Source: Camelus ferus
Lineage: Eukaryota
Direction: 5' to 3'
NCBI RefSeq assembly: GCF_009834535.1
Contig: NC_045697.1
Coordinates: 74,154,001 to 74,218,000 of the forward strand
Length of the DNA stretch: 64,000 bases
Shown here: positions 38,936 through 52,539 of the stretch, one piece after another
Position numbering within the stretch: position 1 is the first letter of the stretch
Layout of the letters: each line of letters starts with the position of its first letter
Program-made: the position numbers and the translations under genes
Notes under the pieces: model-generated
Database searches by the model: none
The model's input: only the letters and a program-made list of their open reading frames with translations
Told to the model about the DNA's origin: nothing

Positions 38936-41204
38936 TTTTAGTGCAGTGAAACCCACGTGAATACCTATCCTGATAAAAACTGACTTGCTTTTTCTCCTTG
39001 GTTATCTTTTTGCATGGTTTTCTTAACATGGGTGCTGAGAACTAAAAGCTGGAGAGACTGAGATGAATACAGTAGAGTAGTTGGCCTCAAGGATGTCAGT
39101 CAAGTGTGAGAGCCAAACACGTGAATGGAACATTTCACCCGATTGTGATTAAGTACCATGATCGAGGTATATGCTGGTTACCATGGGAGCAGAGTGCCTT
39201 CGCTGTGCCTGGAGGAGCTGTGTCCTGATCGAGTACTGAGGAATCACTCCAAGGTAGCCCATCAAAACAGAGAGGCGACCTAGAGTAGCAGTTAAACTCC
39301 GGAACACTCGTGTCAGGCAGCCCTATGCCTGACCTTGGCTCTGAGACTCACAACTGTGTGGCTTTGAGCAAGTCTTTTAACCTCTCTGAAATACGGTTTC
39401 TTCAACGAAAGATATAGGTATAGTAACAGTATTTTGTAAAGAATAAATAGAACAATGTATGTTAAAAATCCAGCAGACTCCCTGGCACATGAGTACTCAA
39501 TAAACAGGAATTACTGTTACAACCAGTATGCTGAACAAGCGTGACTTGTATAATCAGAAGACAACTCTAAATCTGCCTCCCATCAGCTCCTCCAAATGCA
39601 TATAATGGGGAAGCCCTGTGCCGCCTCTGGATGAAAACTCTAAGGCCCCGTGAGTTTTCTCTCACACTTCAGTCATAGACCTTAAGACACACACAGCCTC
39701 AACTCAGAAATTAGCATATCAGTCTCAGATACTAATCTGAATTCAGACTTTGGCATCAGCTCTCCCCAGGTCAGGCCTGCTTCACTGGGAAACGTGTAGC
39801 GGGAAAAGGGGCCATGGGTGGCTTCTTCCCTGTTTCTCCTGAAGCCGCTCCTCCTCATCCCCAGACATCCGCTCACCAGCCAGCTTCCCACCCCAGGAGG
39901 GTGGGCGGGGAGGGCAGAACGGGAGAGGCGAGGTCTACCTGAACTGGCACCATCACAGTCTGGCTTCATGTTCTCTGGACCATCCGGATGTAATAACATG
40001 GCTCCCTTATAGGTGCTTTCATGTGGCCTTCCCGTGTGTGTCAATTGCCATGACATTGGCGGTGAGGCGGGCTGGGGGATTCTCTCTGAATCCCCGGACT
40101 GTATCTCTATTCTAGCTGGTGACTTGCTACTCCTCCCTCAGTGGCTAGGCATCCACAGTTTACCTCCCTATTCTGCTCTTCTGTCCTGTAGACAGAATCA
40201 GAGGTGAGCTCCCACCTGCTCCCTCCCTCAGGGTCAACATGTGGTCTGTGGAAAACACTTCTGCATCCTTTGCCCCCAGAGCCTGAGAAAGTACAGGTTC
40301 AGGCCAAGTTCAAGCCACCACTTTTAGGTGCTCTGGGCATGAGGTCAACAGTGCTGATTTTAAAACAGTTGAAGTGACATTTCCTTTTTAAGTTCTGCAC
40401 ATGGCAAGCCATCTCATACTCACTTTGGTATTTGATAGCTAAGGAATTGGTTCTCTAAGTGAAATTGAGGCAGGACGTGTGCAATTTTAACCTTCTGTTG
40501 TCCTTTTACTATCATTACTGGATTCCGAGGAGGTAGCCTGAGGAAGGAATCATGGTATGAATAGCATGTTGAGGGCTTGGAGGGCCAAGATGCTGGAGAT
40601 AAAGCAGGACAGGTGTGCAAGGTGTGGAGAGCTCCAAGCCAGGGGCACTGACTTTACGTGTTTGGGATGGGAAACCATTGAAAATTGTAAGGAGAGTCAT
40701 GATTTATCTGATCTGGTAATCAGAGGGCTAAAATAAGGGAGAAGGTGTGGGAATGTCAGTAGAGAAATGACCAAACCCTGGAAACCCCAGAATTCATGAC
40801 ACAGAAAAACTTCATCGGTATTTGCTCTACGTCATACAGTTTGGTCCCTAGTTCCTGCCTTACACCAAACCGCCATCACGCACCTGCCTGTTGTATCTTT
40901 TTTTCACACTTTTGTCTCATTTTTCATTTCTTCCTTCATGTATCATCTCAAGCAAGAAAATTTAAAAGCCTCTCCTAACTTTTCAAAATGATTTTTAGTG
41001 AGTCCAGGACTTTCCTAGTCTCTGGTTGTGTTATACAAAATTAGAACCTGGCACTTGTGTTATTAAGTGGAAAAAGAGTTGATAAATGTTGAGCAAGTCC
41101 TTTCTAATATCAGTACTTTCTTTCAGATATTAGAGCTAGAGGGAATGGATGTTCTGTTGAAAAGGTTAAGAGTTTTGTTTGGTTGGTTTTTCACCTGTTG
41201 GGTT

Positions 41205-41290
41205 TTTAAAAAACTTTTTATTGAAGTATTGTCAGTTTACAATGTTTGTCAGTTTCTGGTGTACAGCATAGTGCTTCAGTCATGCATGAA
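41205..41290 (-). mobile_element. Very short 3' end of a camelid-type L1
   Basis: 'ttttattgaagtattgtcagtttacaatg...tttctggtgtacagcata' is the same 3' terminus as at 27130. It is flanked by near-identical ctg(t/g)t(g/t)ggttttt. Confidence 0.75.
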
Positions 41291-42959
41291 AACTGGTTGG
41301 TTTTTATATCTGATAAGCTCTGAGTCTGAGTATGCAGAGAGAAGAAAGGATAAACACATGTGTAATACACACACACACACACACACACAGTAAGTACCTA
41401 AGAGATCAAAGCTCAGAAATGTTTATCCCATTCATTGTGCTTAGTCCGAAGCCCTTAAACATAAAGTTTTGGCTAACCTGGGTGCATAAAAATTTTGCAT
41501 ATTTCTTTTATAATCTCACTGGTTGTTCCAAACAATTTCCAAATTACTTCCTCCTGTGTTTTCACAATATAAGTCAATGTTTATTCTATACTTTTAAAAG
41601 GAATTCCCGAAGGATCATAAAACTTACTGAATCTTCAGCTCAGAAGGGCTATTCCTAGCAGTACTATTTGTCCTCTAAGTATTTGACATAAAATTCTAAA
41701 GTAGGAAAGGAAAGAGGACCTGAAAACCACCTCCAACCCCTACCAGGTAACTTTTTTTCTGCCTACCCTGTGTTAAGACAGATAAGAGAAACAAAGGCAG
41801 GGACCCTTGGTCGACGATCTACCTTTTATCCAAGGATGTCAATATTAGCACTTTACTTTCCTATTATTAGTCAAAACAAAGTTTGAGATGAATTTCTCAA
41901 CCGTCTTTCTTTTTAAGAGGCCTCTGAATCTTCTCAAATTTGACCACAGTCTCTGGTCCAACCTTCACTCATCTCTCCTGGCTCTGGTCTTCCTCTTGCC
42001 CATGCTGAGAAGTCTGTCCCAGAGTCCAAATCTTACTTTCTGCAAAGGGATGGACAGCCCTGCACTGACACAGGACTGTCCACATTAACGTCTTCTGGCC
42101 TGGAATGTTTCTGGGCAGTTCTCAGTAACTTGGGCATTTAGCTCCAAGATTAGTTAAAAACCCTTGCTGTCTAGCTGTGGTATTGGTGCAGCTTGCGGTT
42201 TGACTCCATTAGCCAGGTTAGAATCTGGTTTCACAGCAGGGAAGTTCACACATGCAAATCAGTAGTTTAGAGAAACCTGATGAAATAATGGCTAGTTTAC
42301 CCTGGAAAGCTTTGTAATCTAGAAGCCAACTGTCTGAGTAAATGCATAGTAATTGGATAATTATCCTAGCCCAGTGGTTGCCAAGGCCTTCTGCCAACAT
42401 CCTCTTTTTCCACTTGCTGAAAATTTCTGTCTCACAGGCCTTCCTCCTCTCAGTTGCCTCACTAAAAATAAAACTAGACTTGGTTTTTGCCTTTCAGAAT
42501 GTCCGCATTGGGTCTCTATTTCTTAGATGTGTTTTTTGGGGGTTTTTTGGATACATTTTCAGTTTTTCTCCACTCTCATCTTACTTGTTACCATTAAAGT
42601 CTTAATATCATTGGGCTTTTAGGCTTCAGCATTAATAATGGAGCAAACTTATTTAGGGAATACATTCAGGCCTCACCATACTGCTGTGTATGGAACTGTG
42701 TTATGGAAGCAGAAGATGGGGCCCAGGTTCTGTTAGACTGAGTCAGATGATGTCCAAGGTGGATTTCCCCTGTATGAATTCTCATATGGGGTCCAAAATT
42801 GGACCCTATATTCAACCTAGACTTACTGCCAAGCCACACCAAATAGATATATTGAAATATTTTCTAGAAACAGGGTTTCCAGAGAAGCATTTGATTGGTG
42901 GCAATCACCATGGCCCTCAAAACAATGCCATTTATTTTTTTCCTTCTTCTACAATTGCT

Positions 42960-43030
42960 GTATATATATATATATATATACATTATACATATATATATAC
43001 ATATATATATATATGTGTATATATATATCT
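42960..43030 (+). repeat. (TA)n-rich microsatellite
   Basis: Interrupted tatata/catata run. Confidence 0.9.
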
Positions 43031-46000
43031 GGAACATTAAAGTTGTGTGATTTTGCTCATCAAATTAGAAGCTTAAATATATTTTTCCAAAATGAGACCA
43101 AGGCAGTAATATCCAACTGAGGATTTTTAATCCATTGTTTACTAGAAGAAAACAATGTTGTTATTCTTGCTATAATTTGTCAAGACTTGTTAGAAACCTT
43201 GAGAAATATTAATAACTTTAGCTCAATAATTATACTTAAGAAATTAATCATAAGGAAATAATCATGGGTATATACAAGGTTTTAGCCAGGAGAGCTGCTT
43301 ATAAACAGCAAAAATGGCAATCTACCTAGATTTCAAAGATTTAATGACTGGTTAAGTAGACTATAGTATTTCCATATAATCTTGACATTTAAAGTGGTGC
43401 AATTGCAGAAAACTGATGACAAGAAAACATGTTCATGTTATGCTAAGTTTAAAAAAAAACTCAAACTTTAAAACATTATTTGAAATAAATAAACCTTTTG
43501 TACAGATGTATGCACAGAGAGAAAGGAAAACAATTAGGCAGGACATACCTCACAATATCAATGATTATTTCTGTGTGATAGAATTACATGCAACTATATT
43601 TTATTTCTTTTGCTTATCTGTCCATCTTCAATTTTCCACACTGAATGGGAACTATTTTTATGAAAATAGTTTACTTTTTTTTAAAAAAAGGGTTTGTTTC
43701 TCAACTTGTTTTCAATATTCACTTTTAAAGGTGTTGTGGTTGGGGTCTGAACAACACCTAAAGATGCTTGGTTATTCCTCTCTGTGACTAGCTTTAGGCT
43801 GAGTGACCCAAGGCTCATTAAACAGAAAACAATAAACAGGGACTTTAAACTAAGGGGAAGTATAGCCTTTGTCCACAAATCTTCCAGATCTACTAATGGC
43901 CAAACAGGGCACAACAGTTTGTCTTTGTGGATAAAATTGAGCAGAAAATTATAAAATAAGTGCTTAATGTGATATTTTGAACAACCAAATTAGATAATTT
44001 TGATTTTTTTCTTTAAATCACTTTTGATCTCCTCATGCTTCTTATTCAGAGGTTAGTAGAGTGAAGAACAGGAACATTTATTGATGGCTCCCACAGAGAA
44101 AATAGATCATTTGATTGTAGTGATTCAATTCAATTCAAATTGTTAAACTTTTACTGAGTAAATGGTAGGAGCCTAGCACTGTATTAGACACAGTGGGGCT
44201 TTCAAATAATTCACAAAGACAAATGTCCTGGAGGAACTCACAGTTTCTACATAAGGACAGATAAATTAATACACATCTCATGTATATATGTATATAAAAC
44301 AGGCTTCAATGTAAACATTGGCTGATATAAAACAAGAGTCACAGAAGCGTAGGAGACGGAAAGGTTAATTCCAACCAAGGGAGCAGGAATGTTCTCTTAG
44401 AGGAAGTGAGATTTTGGCTAGGAATAAAGAAGAGCATCCTACACCCTTGTTGGTTATAGGTAACAAATAAAATTCAAACTAGCTTGAATTTTAAAAAGTG
44501 GTTTATCAGCTTCTGTAAGAAAGATGTTTTGCTTTAGGCAAGGTAAATCTGGGAGCTAATGTAATGATGTCAGGCTTAATGCTCCTTTCAACAGTCAAGA
44601 CTGTTGACTTTACAACAAAGTCGACTGCTAAAGACAGAAACTTACACTCTTAGGGCTTACAATCCAGGCCCTTCTATTTCTCAACAACCATCTATTAAAA
44701 ATCAGTGAAGAGTCTCACTGGCCCTGCTTAGGAACCTGCCATCCTAGGCCAACTGCTGTGGCCGGCTGGGTCACATGCCCCTCACTACAGGGAGTCGGTG
44801 TTGGGGTTGGTGGCAGAGAGCAGGGAGCAGGCACCATGACTGAGGATTCCACCAGATCAGATAGAGCTGGGAGGCAGAGGCTTCACTCAAAAAAGCAACA
44901 GAAAGGGCAAAGAGATGGACAGAACTACAGGGCAAATACTACCATTACCAAAGTCCATTTCATATGGAAAAAGTGTTGGACAGTAATACGAGGGTAAAGG
45001 GAAGAGCATGGGCTATGATGTGAATGAGGAAAATGGAAGGAAAGCTTTCAAGTGTAAGGTGCCTGTGGTGTCAAAGTAATTCTATACCAACGATTACAGT
45101 CTCTGGACTGATAAAATTTTATCCTTGTGTTTTCTTTTACTTAGACATTTATGCCTGGAGAGTTCTGCATACATACAATTGTAAGTTCAGCAATTATTTA
45201 AGTGCAATGGAAACTTGCTACTTGAAGTATATCCTGTGAATACTTTTGTGAAGCAAAGAATTAAATTGTCACCAAAGAGTGACCTTTACTTTTTCTTTTT
45301 TGCATTGAATTATTACATATTGACTTTGCTTAGAATAATCTATACTTAGACTAAATCTTTTTTACAAAAAAATGAATTTAATTTCATTTAAAATATAACT
45401 CAACCTAAGCTCTTAGAGCATTACCCATTTCTAGTAAATAAGTAATAAATATATATAAATGCTTCCTTGAATTTACATCAATAATTATAAAATCATCTAC
45501 CAGATTTAAAAGCCTATTTGGACTAGACAGTTGTTTGTTCCTTGGCATAGCAGTGACTGAATGTGAATTCATTTTATCGTTCGCAGAATCTCCATGGGCC
45601 TGTGCTGATACGGGTGATTGAAACCAGGCCAATTGATGTTTTAATCCTTTCTGTCCTTCAGAAAGAATAGAAATCAAAACCTATGTTTTTTGTTATTTAG
45701 TATTTGTTGCATTTAGCCAAGATTATAGATAGAATACAGAATTAGATCCTTGCTAAAAGAATTTAAAATCTAAATTAGACAGATATGCAGGATTCTGACC
45801 TTGAGAAATAAATTATGGAAATAACAACTTAGTGAAAAACTCAGGAACAAACCAAAAAATCTAAACAGAGATGACAAAGTATTCTATTACTAGTAGTTGC
45901 TGGTAATGGACTAAATGGTCAATTTCCAGTTCTAGCTCTGTCTTGAACTTCATAATTTTGGGCATGGTATCTCTCTTCACTCTGCATGAATTTCCTATCT

Positions 46001-48301
46001 TCAGCTTGGTTCATATTTTACAGAGAAGTTGGAATGATACATGAAATAACAAATATGAAGCACTTTAAGTTCCTCCGAATGAAGTTTCCACAACAAAATG
46101 AAATAATGACAGTGTACATTATATGAAATACTTGCTTACAAAGCAAGTAAATGAGGGATGCAATTTTATGCTTTAGAAGGATTCATTTCAAAATGTGATT
46201 TTAAAAAATATTAAACCAGCACATCTAAAATAGATCGGTCTACAAAAACTTGACTCATACTCAACTTTTGTAAGACATATTTTACACTATGCCAAGTTAT
46301 ACCTTTGTGATTTAATTAATACCCAATACATAAAGGAAAAATAATGTGGCAAATCAGTGGTACTCAGAGATTTGTGAAATATGAGCCATTTAAAATTATG
46401 ATTATCAAAAAGAGCCATATAGCTGTTATCTGCCTTTTAGATGTATTGTATAATACTAAATATACTTTATAATATCCTAAAAATACTTTCTAATGCAGAA
46501 ATTAAGTCTTGAAAATCCAGATTTCAGGCAGAGAGCCACATGCTCCCTATCCTGTTAGAATGAGTGCTTAACAAAGAAACAGTTTGTGAGATACTGGGTT
46601 GAAGACCCTAAGAGCTAATCATGACTGCATTATTACTAATGAAGTATGACGATTTAGATAGTTTCAGAATACATAAAAAATAGAAGAAAAAAGTTGTGCA
46701 GTTCTATAATGAAATAACTCCCCTACATACAATCACTAAAAACTTGATTACAAATGAGGCTGAGAGATTTCTAGAGGACCAGACCCATGCTAGGGAGGTA
46801 AGGAATTTCCCAAGATGGTTGAAAGATACGTATCCAGTCAGACCGTATTGCATAAGAAATGACTGACAGGATCACAAAACTAAACAAGGTGCACTGCGAA
46901 GTATCGCTGCCATGTTTAATAGCAGAACATCCTGGTTAAAGTAATCTCCATGTCCAGTATAGAAAACAATGCCAAGAATGAGGTCACTGTCAAAAAAGAA
47001 TGGGTTAAAAAGATGAGCAGCCTGCCTCCTTCCTCCCCTCTAAGTAGACCTAGCACACCTGAGGAAAGGGATGCTGAGAGCATAGGAAAAATGCTGCAGT
47101 ATTTGGTCTGCATCTCCAGAATTTTCCAGGTCTGTCTCTTATCCTAATATCCCTTGTTCTCGATTTCTCTTAATTTCTCAGCAACCCCCCCCCCCCTTTT
47201 TTTTCCCGATCCTTAGCTGAACTCCCTGTGTCTCTCTCACCTCTAATTTTGCCAACCTCATTTTGGACCAGTAACTCAGTTTTTCACCTTTGAAGCTTCT
47301 CCATGACTTGATTATTGATGACTTGGTTATCCACCTATGGCCCCATGCACAATAAGTCATGAATAAAAGGCACCTGCTCCTATTCCCTGTGGCAGCCTGG
47401 TGGAGCTTGGCCCAAGCTGTTCACAACCCAGCTAGACACTGTTTGATTATAAAAGGAGATCTGACTTAATATCAAGAGAAAGATTTTGAGTAGGAGCCAG
47501 CAAAATCAGGGCACGTATCTCAGCACACTCTTCTTAGATAGCTTAGGACAGTTGGCCATCCCTCTACTAATCATCCAATGCCTGTGACAGGCTGGATTCT
47601 ATTACAATTCTTGGTGCATGGAAGGACCTCAGGAATTATTTAGTGAAAGGATAGATTTATGAATAAATAAATTAGTATAAGCTCCAGCTATAAGATCTAG
47701 GAATGATTATGCTAGTTTTTGAGGGTGTTCATGAAGTTATAAACTATGATGAATCTTTAATTAGTAAAACATGTTTGGTGAAGATTTCCACTCACATTTC
47801 TTTTAAGGAACAAAAAGCAGGAAACAACTCAGCAAATCGACTTGTCATCACTTTGAGAACATCTGTGGTTTTAAAGCAGTTTTGAAAATAGTCACTTGCC
47901 TAGAGTAAGGTCTGACTTCTGCTGTCTAAGCAGTAAAGAGTTCTAAATTCACATGCACGAGTGCATACCCTCATGCAGAGCAGTTAATAAAATGCCAGTT
48001 AGGTGGCCCAACTCTTCTTTCCACTCTGGTTCTTACAGGAATATGTAGATACACACTCAACTCATTAAAACTTAGTCCAAATAAAGAAAAAGACAGAGGT
48101 AACAACAGATGCACCATCCCAATTTCTTGCATGAAAAACTGCACATTTACTCTAGAAATCCCAAGTAAGAATGTTTACAGAAACGGTTGATGGAAGCAGT
48201 ATGGGCTGGCATAGAAAACACTTACTGTTTAGCAGGAGAAACATGCTAAATACTGTGCGTCTCTCTCCATCCGCTGGTGCTCACTTTTTGTATTTCTTCA
48301 G

Positions 48302-48425
48302 ATTGATCGGCTGGACGTGGATAGCTTGTTTAGCAACATTGAATCTGTGCATCAGATATCAGCCAAGCTGCTGTCGTTGCTGGAAGAGGCCACAAAAGAC
48401 GTGGAACCGGCCATGCAAGTAATCG
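48302..48425 (+). CDS. ARHGEF38: ARHGEF38 coding exon (probably exon 3), DH domain
   Basis: A polypyrimidine acceptor tttttgtatttcttcAG ends at 48301 and donor G|GTatgt starts at 48426, giving 124 bp with a phase-0 start that fits the previous exon. It translates IDRLDVDSLFSNIESVHQISAKLLSLLEEATKDVEPAMQVI(G), with the DH motif LFSNIE. The ORF track reads this locus in a different frame (48171..48422). Confidence 0.95.
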
Positions 48426-49642
48426 GTATGTTTATTCTCGTCTCGAATTCTACAATGCAACAGGAAATAATGTTTTAATAGCCTCCCTTCGCTTTGGTTT
48501 TATGTTTCTGACTCACCAAGCTTCCCAGGAGATATATAAATGCTAAACCCATCTTCAGGCTCATGGTAATTACACAAACTCTGTATTTATTTTCAAATGG
48601 GTTTACATCCATTTGCTGAAGTCCCTCAGTAGCACTCCAGTGCACCATTTGCTTTTTAATTTTCAATCTTTCAACCTCTTTGCCTTCCAGATGTTCTCTC
48701 ATTTGGTTTTATGGCTAACATCTAACTTGATTCTTAAAGAATTAAACATTTAAATACTTTAATAGCTTTACTGATTTTAGTCACAGTGTCTTTCAGCTCT
48801 TATGCCTACGAATCCATTGTTTTTTTTGGATTGTGATTTTTCTCTTAGGTGGAAAGTTTATATGATTAATAAAACACTTAACAACTTTTACTTTTCCCAT
48901 GCTTTTCTCTTTTCTCCTCTATGGTATTGCTTTCCAGATATGTTTTTACTCTCAAACAGCAATAGCTTATTTTCTTATTCCAGTAAGATTTTGAAAAAAA
49001 AAATACAGCAAAATCAATGGAAAAGTATTGAGTCAAGTTTTTATTCTTCCCATTTTCTCCCTTCATTGGTCATTTATCTATTTATTTTACATGTGCAATG
49101 TTGCTTGGGAATTTCAAAGGGATACTGTGTTGTGAACTCCTTGAAGGCAGTTGCCACATCCAAGGTACTACATACACACACAGTGCCAGGTAGGCTAAGA
49201 AATCTTTAAAATGTGTTGTAATCATTTTTCATTTCACACATAACATGCAATATATGCTTGTTACAAAATATTAAAACAATTCAGAAGTACACAGAGTAAT
49301 AAATCCCTTCAATGTGACTCACCTCCCCTTAAGTAACCACTGTTATCAGTTTGATATGGATCCTTTCTCTGAGACACAGAGACACAAACACACATTCATA
49401 CTTTATATCTTTATTTATTATGTCTATTAGTTAATGGAGATCAGAGGTATAGAAATGGCACGAAATTGATTTTGTTTGACATTTAAGGAAGACCCAAAGT
49501 TTAATACGCAAGACTGACCTTGTACAAAGGTGAAACAACCTGGCTATTTGAAGTGTGTTACATACCAAAAGGCCAGACCACTCAAAAAGATTCTCCTGCA
49601 GACAGGTTTAAATTCAGTCATGTCTTGGGATTAAATATCCCC

Positions 49643-50011
49643 ATTATGTGCTAAATGTTTGTGTTCCCCCAAAATTCATATGTTGGAAGTCCTAAAGCCC
49701 AGCATGATGGTACCACCAGGAGGGGGGACCTTTGGGAGGTAATTTAAGTTTAGATGAAGTCACAAGGAGGGTTGACCCAGGATGGAATTAGTGTCCTTAT
49801 AAGCAGAGAAAGAGAGATGAGAGTTCCCTCTTCACTATGTGAGGACTCAGGAAGGCGGCTCTCTGCAAGCCAGGAAATCCTCCCCGGGAGCTGAACCTGC
49901 TGTCACCTTGACCTTGGACTTCCCAGTCTCCAGAACTATGAGAAATAAATGTGTTGCTTAAGCCCCCCAACCTATGTTATTTTGTTATGGTTGCCCACGC
50001 CGACTAATATA
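49643..50011 (+). mobile_element. MaLR LTR (MLT1A/B-like)
   Basis: 'aatgtttgtgttcccccaaaattcatatgttg...ccttggacttcccagtctccagaactatgagaaataaatg...ttttgttatgg...gactaatata'. Confidence 0.85.
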
Positions 50012-50079
50012 GTTTCCAATAAACTGTACAAATATTTTCTAAAGGAGGGACTCTATTTATTGTCACTTTAGTGTGGATT

Positions 50080-50870
50080 CACTGGCCATTTATTTATTCA
50101 CACAATGAATAGCTGTTAAGCAGCAGAATGTACAATAATTAGGGTGCTGTGTGACATTGTCAGGTATCAAAAGATGAAAGAGATGATCTGTGTCCTTCAA
50201 AAGTTTGCAAATAGCCCCTTGAATTGAAGACATTTGTGTAATACATCATCAGAGTATTTTCTACTCTACTGCAGAACTTTGGTGGATAAAGAGATTATTT
50301 CTAGATGGGGAATCAGAGAAGAATTCTTGAAAATGTTCCTTGGGCTTAAAGGTATAGATCAGATTTCAGCAAGTGAGGTCCAGGTTGGGAAGACTAAGTG
50401 GAAGTAATAACACGAACAAAAGCATGGACAGCAGGTGCCAAATACCAAGGATGTCAAGGAAATGGTGAGTGACCAAGTCAAGCTTGAGTGAAGGATTCAT
50501 GTAAGGGAGGAATAAGAAATGAATCTCTAAGTATAGAATAGGGAAAGGCTGTAGTTGGAATCAAAGCTTGGAATTAACCCTGCAGGTAATGAGGAGCCAT
50601 TAAAAGATTTTTCAGCAAGGATGTGATGAGACATGAAAGTTTCTGGACAAAGAAAACTATGGTTGGTATGAAGAGAAGGGATAGAGGAGAAAATGAGTAC
50701 AAGACCAGTAAGTACGTCATTACAGATAATTCAGCCTTGTGGCAACAAACATCTAGGCTAAGGTGGATACAGTGGTAACAGAAATAGGGGTCAGATTCCA
50801 ATGAAACATGGAAGAAAGCACAGACAAAATGTAGGGGCTGGTTGCATGTGCTGGAGTCAAAAACAATTCC
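50080..50870 (-). mobile_element. L2 LINE relic
   Basis: Starts 'catttatttattcacac' (antisense L2 tail) and contains 'ggagccattaaaagattttcagcaagg'. Confidence 0.6.
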
Positions 50871-50876
50871 AGGTTT

Positions 50877-51883
50877 AGGGAGTCACAAATCCTGATTTGC
50901 CTAGAACATCCTGGTTTTGGCCTATTATTCAAATACTCAGTTCAGTTTAGCATTTGTCTTGGATTTTCTCCTTTTTAAAGGAGGATCATTATTGATAGTT
51001 GCATCATAAGAGATTGGTAAGACCGCTATATAGTACTTCAGTTTCTGACATGGCCTCTCTTAGTAGAATGTAAGAGGCAGGTGCACTTGACAGAGTTCTC
51101 ACATGGTAAACTCTGAAAGAGAGCCCATCTCAGCTTTCCCAGTCTCTTCTAGTCTCAAGGACACTTACATCTTCCTTTGAAGTACAGCATACAGGGTACT
51201 GGCTGATAAAATGATGACGTTCGGACATGAGAAGCTAGCAACAGCTAACTGCTTCCTGTTCTCGGTGGTGGTGGGAGATGTATTTGATGCTACAAACCCT
51301 GCCATCCACAGTACAGCAGCTAGTTGTGTTGTGACCCGTGCTGGGTGGCCCATGCCAGGACCAGTGGGAAGCATGAAGCCACTAGGATAGCAGTCAGTGG
51401 GTTTCGTGGGTCATGTAAGGAATTAAAGATTAGATGCAAGTGAAATGCATGTGGGAAGCAGAGGCTGAGCAGTCCTGCTACTGAGCACCTGGATGCTATT
51501 GCTGCAGTAGTTTGGTTATTTATCATCTGATGTAAATCTGTCACCTTTTAATTGTCTGGTTATGCTTATTTTATTTTGCAATAAACTCCTTCATAAGTGA
51601 GGGTTTAACATATGCACGTTTAATCAAAATTAAGTATTGATTTTCTGTTTCTCAAGAAGGTTGATGGTCAACATATGACACACAAAATACCATTTACCCT
51701 GGGGTCTTCAGTGCTGTCACTGACCCATAAAACAATCAGAAGACAGAAATTTACTGAAGAAGCAGCAACATCTGCATCAAAAATTAGTCATTATTTTAAA
51801 AAGACCATGCTCATCATTTTAAAGCAGAAAGCTGTCCTTCAGCATCCACAGGAATTAGTTCCAGGACTGAAATGGTAACCGTA
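50877..51883. mobile_element. Possible hAT-Blackjack-like DNA transposon relic
   Basis: Left end 'agggagtcacaaatcctgatttgcctagaacatcctggtttt' and right-end-like 'ccaggactgaaatggtaaccgta' resemble Blackjack/MER94 TIRs as recalled. Confidence 0.35.
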
Positions 51884-52539
51884 GTCAAAGTTCACACATA
51901 GTTTTATATATTCAAAATTAGAATGAATTATATACAATATTTGGAAGCCAAGCTGACGTTAATTTAAAAAATAATCTTACGCATGACCATGCAAATTTTT
52001 TTTTTTTTTTTTTTTTGCTGTTGCTGCTGGTCACTAATCAGCTTTTAGAAACTGTATTTTGTTCAAAATCAGTTAGAAGTTCTTTAGTTAAGAAAGTCAA
52101 CGAACAGAGGGAAGGAGTAACTTCAGCTTTTCAGTCTTTACAACTGCAATTATTGAAAACAAAAATGCAAATGGGTAGATACTAGAATTTATCCCTATGA
52201 AAACAAGGAATTAACTAAAAAAAAAACAATGAGAATTCATATTGTGGAAAAGATTTAATTTTGACATTTTATAATTGATTTTGGAAGACTTGACTTATGA
52301 AAAGAAGCTTTTGACAGAGCTCGTATTTAATAGGATAAAGTTATATCCTGTACCAGATTCTACAATATCTGTATTTAGAAAAATATTAAAAAATCATAAA
52401 TAGAAATAGCTTATTTGATGAGTTTTATTTTGTAAAAATAAAGAATAAAAGAATGAAAATGAGGACAAAAAGACAGTCTCAATGAAAATATTTCAGATCA
52501 AATATTTATACATTTTAATAGAGATCTATAGTCAGAATA

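Larger units (their letters stand above)
24076..48301 (+). other. ARHGEF38: ARHGEF38 intron (24,226 bp, GT-AG)
   Basis: Bounded by the donor and acceptor above. Joining the exons gives a continuous DH-domain reading frame (..PLRSKQ|IDRLDV..). Confidence 0.88.
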
